The notes under the pieces were generated by a model that saw nothing but the letters and a program-made list of their open reading frames with translations, was not told where the DNA came from and made no database searches. From the IMG/VR virus record IMGVR_UViG_3300045988_076875, positions 1-37,618 of that record: a DNA stretch of 37,618 bases. One strand, given 5' to 3'. The translations under genes were made by a program, and so were the position numbers. This document shows, one piece after another, positions 32,883-37,618 of this stretch. This DNA is from a virus. How positions within the stretch are numbered: the first letter of the stretch is position 1; the number at the start of each line of letters is the position of its first letter.

Positions 32883-33773
32883 ATGGCAGTAAAAACAGTA
32901 CAATATATAATTGATGGTCAGACATATAATCTGACATTTGATGCATCTACAGGGGAGTATAAAGCAACAGTCCCGGCGCCTAGCAAATCCAGTTACTCAC
33001 AAGATGGTCATAAATATGGGGGCTCTGTAATAGCTACAGATGATGCCGGAAACTCAACTACAATAAATCAAAGTGATGCTACTTTAGGAGCAAATCTGTT
33101 ACTTCGCGTCCTTGAAAAAGTCGCACCAACACTTGCTTTCACATACCCGACCGCTGGCGCGTATATTACAAACGCAACTCCAGCTATTAGGTTTAAGGTG
33201 ACAGATAATGACTCTGGGGTAAATCCAGATACAATCGTTATCAAAGTTGATGGCGCAAAGGTAACAACCTCATTTACAAAAACAGCAGTCACAGGTGGTT
33301 ACGAGTGTTCCTACACTCCAGGAACAGCATTGGCGGATGGTGCGCATACTATTTCAATCGAAGCATCTGATTTTGATGGAAACGCTGCAACAGCTAAGAC
33401 AGTCACATTTACAATTGATACAATTCCACCGACACTTACACTTACAGCTCCAGCAGATGGGCTTATCACAAATAAATCCACTCTGGTTGTATCTGGTAAA
33501 ACAGACGATGTTACATCTAAACCTGTAACAGTTACAGTCAATGGAACGGCGGTTGCAGTTAACTCGGATGGTACATTCTCAAAAGAGATTACGCTTGTCA
33601 ATGGTTCTAACACAATTACCGTTGTTGCAAAAGACAAAGCCGGAAAGACTACAACTGTAACACGTAAGGTAACACTTGATACCGGTGCACCTGTATTCAA
33701 GGGTATTACTCTTACACCGAATCCGATTGACTGCGGTAAGACATTCATTATCTCTGTTAAGGTGACAGACTAA
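32883..33773 (+). CDS. Ig-like-domain repeat protein (tail decoration or adhesin)
   Basis: Repeated beta-rich modules 'TFTIDTIPPTLTLTAPADG...VVSGKTDD...VTVNGTAVAVNSDGTFSKEITLVNGSNTITVVAKDKAGK'. Confidence 0.6.
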   Translation: MAVKTVQYIIDGQTYNLTFDASTGEYKATVPAPSKSSYSQDGHKYGGSVIATDDAGNSTTINQSDATLGANLLLRVLEKVAPTLAFTYPTAGAYITNATPAIRFKVTDNDSGVNPDTIVIKVDGAKVTTSFTKTAVTGGYECSYTPGTALADGAHTISIEASDFDGNAATAKTVTFTIDTIPPTLTLTAPADGLITNKSTLVVSGKTDDVTSKPVTVTVNGTAVAVNSDGTFSKEITLVNGSNTITVVAKDKAGKTTTVTRKVTLDTGAPVFKGITLTPNPIDCGKTFIISVKVTD

Positions 33774-33784
33774 GGAGGTACCGT

Positions 33785-34111
33785 ATGATTACGAAAGTAA
33801 TCGGTAAGGTCGATGGAAAAGAAGTTGTCTTTGAGCGTGCAGAGGGGGACTTGTGGAATACCACAGTCCCTCTTGATTTAGATGGAATGTATGTGGTTGA
33901 AGTCACAGCTTATGACGATGCGGAAAACGTAGCGTTTTGTACAAAGATGCTGTTGATTGTGGATCCAGCTACGCTATGCGCTCAGCTTGTCGCGTTTGAT
34001 TATTTTGCCGAAGTCGTTCCGGAAGAGTATGATGCCATCATACAAAATGATGATTTTCAAGTAGAAGCAGTGTATCCGTGTCATCATGGAAGGGGGTGTT
34101 GCTGTGAATAA
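33785..34111 (+). CDS. Hypothetical protein, Ig-like in style
   Basis: 'WNTTVPLDLDGMYVVEVTAYDDAENV'. Confidence 0.5.
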   Translation: MITKVIGKVDGKEVVFERAEGDLWNTTVPLDLDGMYVVEVTAYDDAENVAFCTKMLLIVDPATLCAQLVAFDYFAEVVPEEYDAIIQNDDFQVEAVYPCHHGRGCCCE

Positions 34112-34370
34112 GGTAAAATTCATTCTAGGAGAAGATAAGCATGTAAAACTTCTGATCAGAAGTCCCAACGATGAACCATTCACGATATTAAGCGCCCATT
34201 ACAGTCTACTCAGGTACGGGGAAGCGGAAACGAGCGGAGAGTGCGAGATAGATGGTCATTATCTTGACGTGAAAATCTCGCCACAGAACAAGGCATGCTA
34301 TGTGTTGGAGATCACATACGTGGTTGGTGATTCGACGAGAAAGGCAAGGATAGAAGTGGGGGTAATCTGA
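34104..34370 (+). CDS. Hypothetical protein
   Basis: GTG after gaaggggg. Overlaps the upstream gene. Confidence 0.45.
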   Translation: MNKVKFILGEDKHVKLLIRSPNDEPFTILSAHYSLLRYGEAETSGECEIDGHYLDVKISPQNKACYVLEITYVVGDSTRKARIEVGVI

Positions 34371-34528
34371 TGCTTGAAATTACAAATGTGAAGTTAAGCA
34401 AGAACACGGTGAATACTGGAGAAAAATATGTTATTTCCGTGGATATTAATGAGATAATAGATTATCCTTACGACTATCCTTATGACTTTCCTGTATCGTG
34501 CACAAGAAAAGCAGAGCCTAAAAAATAG
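34370..34528 (+). CDS. Small protein, 52 aa, not in the ORF track
   Basis: ATGA overlap with the upstream gene. 'ITNVKLSKNTVNTGEKYVISVDI', then DYPYDYPYDFP. Confidence 0.35.
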   Translation: MLEITNVKLSKNTVNTGEKYVISVDINEIIDYPYDYPYDFPVSCTRKAEPKK

Positions 34529-34550
34529 GTGAACGCATGGAAATCAGAGC

Positions 34551-34574
34551 AAGACCGTAAGGTCTTATTTTTAT
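34551..34574 (+). terminator. Intrinsic terminator
   Basis: aagacc-gtaa-ggtctt followed by ATTTTTAT. Confidence 0.7.
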
Positions 34575-34599
34575 ACATTAAAATAAGGAAAAGTTGCAC

Positions 34600-34899
34600 A
34601 TGATTAAGTTTTTATCAGAAAATTGGGCATTATTATCGTTCGTGATATCAGCAATTGCATACATATATTATCAGGTGATTGCTATGCGTAAAGGAATACG
34701 TGCACTACTTAGGGCGGATTTGATACGCCTCTATAACAAGTATCACGACGATTATGGCTATTGTCCTTTGTATGTTAAGCAGTCACTGGAAGACGAATAT
34801 AAACAATATCACACATTAAAAGGGAATGGTGTAGGCACGCAAATATATCATGCGCTTATGGAGCTGCCTACAGAGCCACCCCATGAAGGAGAGGATTAA
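34600..34899 (+). CDS. Membrane protein of the lysis cassette
   Basis: N-terminal transmembrane span 'WALLSFVISAIAYIYYQVIAM'. Directly upstream of the holin. Confidence 0.5.
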   Translation: MIKFLSENWALLSFVISAIAYIYYQVIAMRKGIRALLRADLIRLYNKYHDDYGYCPLYVKQSLEDEYKQYHTLKGNGVGTQIYHALMELPTEPPHEGED

Positions 34900-35129
34900 T
34901 GATGTTTAAAAATTGTGTATTTAAAGTATCGGTAGATACAAAGAAGTGGATCAAAAAAGCTGGAATCAGAGCAGTGAAGACGGTAGCGCAGACATTTATT
35001 GCTACGATCGGAACAGCATCCTACTTAGGAGCTGTCGATTGGAAGCTGGTTGTGTCAGCATCCGTATTAGCAGGTGTGCTTTCGGTGGCAACATCTGTAG
35101 CAGGATTACCAGAGGTTGAGGGCGAGTAA
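34899..35129 (+). CDS. Holin
   Basis: 'RAVKTVAQTFIATIGTASYLGAVDWKLVVSASVLAGVLSVATSVAGLPE'. Upstream of the endolysin. Confidence 0.65.
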   Translation: MMFKNCVFKVSVDTKKWIKKAGIRAVKTVAQTFIATIGTASYLGAVDWKLVVSASVLAGVLSVATSVAGLPEVEGE

Positions 35130-35157
35130 TCGTCCTCTTATTGATAGGAGTGATATT

Positions 35158-35955
35158 ATGGCAGTAAGAATTGGAAGCGCACGTATTAATGAGAAGGGCA
35201 CCACCACCGGGGGAAAAGCCGGAGATCAGACCGGTGGAGAAGTGTCTATACAGAATTACTATCTGCACAGAAAAGGTTGGTACGTAGCAAGACCGAAAGA
35301 CCCAACTGTAGCAGAGAAGATTGCACAGGCAATGGAAGCAGCGTGCTACAATAATCACATCGGTTATTGCCAGGCACACAGAGACAGCCTTAGAAAGATT
35401 GCGGTTAAGTATAACTATAATCTCAGCAAGGTCAATGTTGATGTGGAGGTAGATTGCTCTGCACTGGTCAGAGTATGCTGCTTATATGCCGGAATACAGG
35501 TTGGAGATTTCAACACAGCGTCAGAGCTAGAAACCTTGCGAAAGACAGGAGCGTTCGAAATCCTGAAAGATGATAAGCGTTGCAAGGAAAGTACATATCT
35601 GAAACGAGGGGATATTCTTGTTACACGCACAAAGGGACATACAGTTGTAGCCCTGGACAATGGATCTGGAGTGACTTCCGCTTCAAAGAGCACCAGAGCT
35701 TATGTCGTCGGACAAGTCTATGCAACACAGGTGGACGACCTGAGCGTCCGAACCGGTCCGGGAACCAATAATCCGGAAAAATCTTATGCGGAGTTATCCA
35801 GTAATGCACAGCAACACGCGCACGATAACGGGAGACTCAAGAAAGGCACTCGCGTAACCTGCAAGGACGTCCGCAAGAACGGTAGTGACATCTGGATCAA
35901 GATTCCAAGCGGCTGGATTGCTGCATATTATGGTGGAAAGAAGTATGTAGGATAG
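35158..35955 (+). CDS. Endolysin: Cys/His peptidase-like N-terminal domain plus a C-terminal SH3b-like domain
   Basis: 'DCSALVRVCC...GDILVTRTKGHTV' gives a Cys...His arrangement. The C-terminus 'VRTGPGTNN...GTRVTCKDVRKNGSDIWIKIPSGWIAAYY' is SH3-like. Confidence 0.7.
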   Translation: MAVRIGSARINEKGTTTGGKAGDQTGGEVSIQNYYLHRKGWYVARPKDPTVAEKIAQAMEAACYNNHIGYCQAHRDSLRKIAVKYNYNLSKVNVDVEVDCSALVRVCCLYAGIQVGDFNTASELETLRKTGAFEILKDDKRCKESTYLKRGDILVTRTKGHTVVALDNGSGVTSASKSTRAYVVGQVYATQVDDLSVRTGPGTNNPEKSYAELSSNAQQHAHDNGRLKKGTRVTCKDVRKNGSDIWIKIPSGWIAAYYGGKKYVG

Positions 35956-36040
35956 TGTATAATCTGACATATATAATAGGTAGAAACTTCTTTATACGTC
36001 CTTACAAAATGGTCAACCTTTTTGCTACAACGTATAAAGA

Positions 36041-36075
36041 ACCCGCAAACCCTTATTTTACAGTGGTTTGCGGGT
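36041..36075. terminator. Bidirectional terminator between the endolysin and integrase genes
   Basis: 11-bp stem acccgcaaacc/ggtttgcgggt with T-rich flanks on both strands. Confidence 0.75.
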
Positions 36076-36078
36076 ATT

Positions 36079-37566
36079 TTACTGATATAAGAAATAATAG
36101 ATTTTCAGAGAATCTTGTTCTCGGTTGTAGACAATTTTGTCCACGATCTGTTTTAATGCTTCGTTCTTTTGGGCTGCAGTAAAAGAATCTGAGACTAGGA
36201 TATCATAGACACCCTGCACTCTTAACAGCATGTTGGCAGCAGGATCCGGCGTATCTTTTGGAGCATTGTCTTCCAGTTCTTTTAATTGTTCTTCCAAGTG
36301 TATGCGTTCTTTCTGAAGCAGTGCTTTATTCGCTTTATATTCCTCAAGAGTATCAATTCCCTCACGGTAAGAAGCTTTGATTCGTTCTTCTTTTCCGGAA
36401 AGACTTTCCAGACGACTGGTTAATATATTTTTCTCATTAGAGACTTCTATCGGCTGACGTTCTTTTAAGGTGTAAGAAATGTTGCCGGAGCTTAGAGATT
36501 CCTTGACGCAGGCAAGGACCTCTTTCTCCAGGACAAGGGAACTGATTCCATGTGGTTTCTCACATTTTCCTTTATGATATCCATAACAAGAGAAGTAGGA
36601 GTATTTCTCACCGTTCGCACGTTTCATGGTGGCAGCAGTCAATGTGCGTCCACATGCAGGACATTTCAGTAATCCGGAGAGCCAGTGTTTATATGTAGAA
36701 GAGGGACGTTTTCCGGAAGGTCTGTAGGTTGCTTCGAATCGTTTTTGTGCTGCCTCAAATAATTCCTTTGTAATAATTGCCGGCTGTTGTCCTTCTGTGA
36801 CGATCCATTCATCTTTATCCTTGATTCTGTTCGTACTGTTTTCTGTCCGGTTCCACCGAATCATACCGCAGTAGGAAGGATTCTGAATGATGTACTCAAT
36901 AGATCTCCGCTCAAATGGTTTGCCCTGTGAGGTCTTAAGCCCAAGATTGTTCAAGCGTCTTGCAATATCAAAAAATCCGATGCCTTCATTCGCATACCAG
37001 TTAAATATCATGCGTATAATTTCAGCTTCTTCAGGAACAATCATCGGAGGCTTGCCATGCTCCATGACCTTGTATCCGAGTGGCGGACGTGCCTGGTATG
37101 CTCCACGGGTCGCATTTTCTTTCATGCCCCGGAATACCTCACCGGAAAGACGGATAGAGTAGTATTCGTCCATCCACTCAATAATACGCTCAATCAGAGA
37201 GCCGAAAGGATTATCTGAAAGAGGTTCGGAGATGCTCACGACTTCTACGTTGTGTTGCTTCTTGAGAAGAGACTTGTAGACAATGGATTCTTCCTGGTTC
37301 CTGGCAAATCGTGAGAACTTCCATACCAGGATCAGATCTACCGGGTGATCAGAACCCTTTGCAAGTCCGACCATCTCCTGGAAGCCTGGACGCTTTTCAG
37401 CTTTCCGGCCGGAGATTCCAAGGTCAGAGAAAATCTTAAGGATTACAATATTGTTCCTGGTAGCATACTCCCGGAGAAGATTCTCCTGAGAATCCGGAGA
37501 GATTTCTTCCTGATCGTGCGTGGATACACGGATATAGCCATAGGCATATCTTAATTCACTCATCAT
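36079..37566 (-). CDS. Large serine recombinase (phage integrase)
   Basis: 'YGYIRVSTHDQEE' is the catalytic-Ser resolvase motif. It also has a recombinase domain, a zinc ribbon 'CPACGRTL...CYGYHKGKC', and a C-terminal coiled coil. ATG ATG follows aaggaaggtgat. Confidence 0.9.
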   Translation of the reverse strand: MMSELRYAYGYIRVSTHDQEEISPDSQENLLREYATRNNIVILKIFSDLGISGRKAEKRPGFQEMVGLAKGSDHPVDLILVWKFSRFARNQEESIVYKSLLKKQHNVEVVSISEPLSDNPFGSLIERIIEWMDEYYSIRLSGEVFRGMKENATRGAYQARPPLGYKVMEHGKPPMIVPEEAEIIRMIFNWYANEGIGFFDIARRLNNLGLKTSQGKPFERRSIEYIIQNPSYCGMIRWNRTENSTNRIKDKDEWIVTEGQQPAIITKELFEAAQKRFEATYRPSGKRPSSTYKHWLSGLLKCPACGRTLTAATMKRANGEKYSYFSCYGYHKGKCEKPHGISSLVLEKEVLACVKESLSSGNISYTLKERQPIEVSNEKNILTSRLESLSGKEERIKASYREGIDTLEEYKANKALLQKERIHLEEQLKELEDNAPKDTPDPAANMLLRVQGVYDILVSDSFTAAQKNEALKQIVDKIVYNREQDSLKIYYFLYQ

Positions 37567-37618
37567 ATCACCTTCCTTAGTATATATGTGCAACGTCGCA
37601 CAAAAATGGGTATAAAAA
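37564..37618. repeat. Terminal exact direct repeat, copy 2
   Basis: Same 55-mer as nt 1-55. It contains the integrase start codon (complement of cat at 37564-37566, equal to nt 1-3). Confidence 0.9.

Noticed and set aside
34466-34498. A short tandem DNA repeat, tatccttacgac/tatccttatgac, encoding DYPYDYPYDFP.
   Set aside because: Only two units, inside a small ORF of uncertain coding status. Too short to call a functional repeat.
1-37618. CRISPR arrays, rRNA or tRNA genes, IS elements or transposase genes.
   Set aside because: I saw no regularly spaced direct repeats, no rRNA-like or cloverleaf-forming segments, and no transposase-like ORFs. Visual inspection could miss a tRNA, so tRNAscan would be needed for certainty.

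Overview
The window is one complete temperate siphovirus-type phage genome. Gene content suggests a Clostridia or Lachnospiraceae host (DUF4317, Cys-rich KTR, XRE/ImmA switch). The first 55 nt are identical to the last 55 nt, so the contig closes into a circle of 37563 unique bp.

Gene order around the circle:
- Large serine integrase (36079..37566, minus strand).
- A 190-nt structured spacer with two opposed terminators and a candidate attP.
- An AT-rich accessory gene.
- An ImmA-like gene and a CI-like repressor.
- Face-to-face switch promoters with five operator-like 15-mers.
- Cro-like gene and early genes, including DUF1351, ERF, NinB-like, a resolvase and a replisome organiser with internal iterons.
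- A late activator.
- TerS and TerL.
- Portal.
- MuF-like protein with a toxin-like C-terminus.
- Scaffold and capsid.
- Connectors.
- Major tail protein.
- Chaperones.
- Tape measure.
- Dit and Tal.
- Tail fibre.
- Ig-like proteins.
- Holin and endolysin.

The main finding is at 29812..32285. The 3' end of the tail-fibre gene sits in a shufflon-like multiple-inversion module. Four copies of a 16-nt site (CT[T/G]AAT[A/T]AAATAGCAA; two plus-strand, two minus-strand) all keep the same Asn-Ser codon register. They flank one expressed and three promoterless, start-less C-terminal cassettes and an embedded XerC/D-like tyrosine recombinase. One cassette is absent from the ORF track.

Secondary observations:
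- A MuF-toxin plus immunity pair.
- Terminator-bounded morons: an M78-like HExxH peptidase and a DUF4406 protein.
- An amber-truncated DUF551 gene.
- A putative intragenic origin.
- A palindrome shared between the integrase leader and the invertase gene.

All functional calls come from motif recognition by eye. No searches were run.
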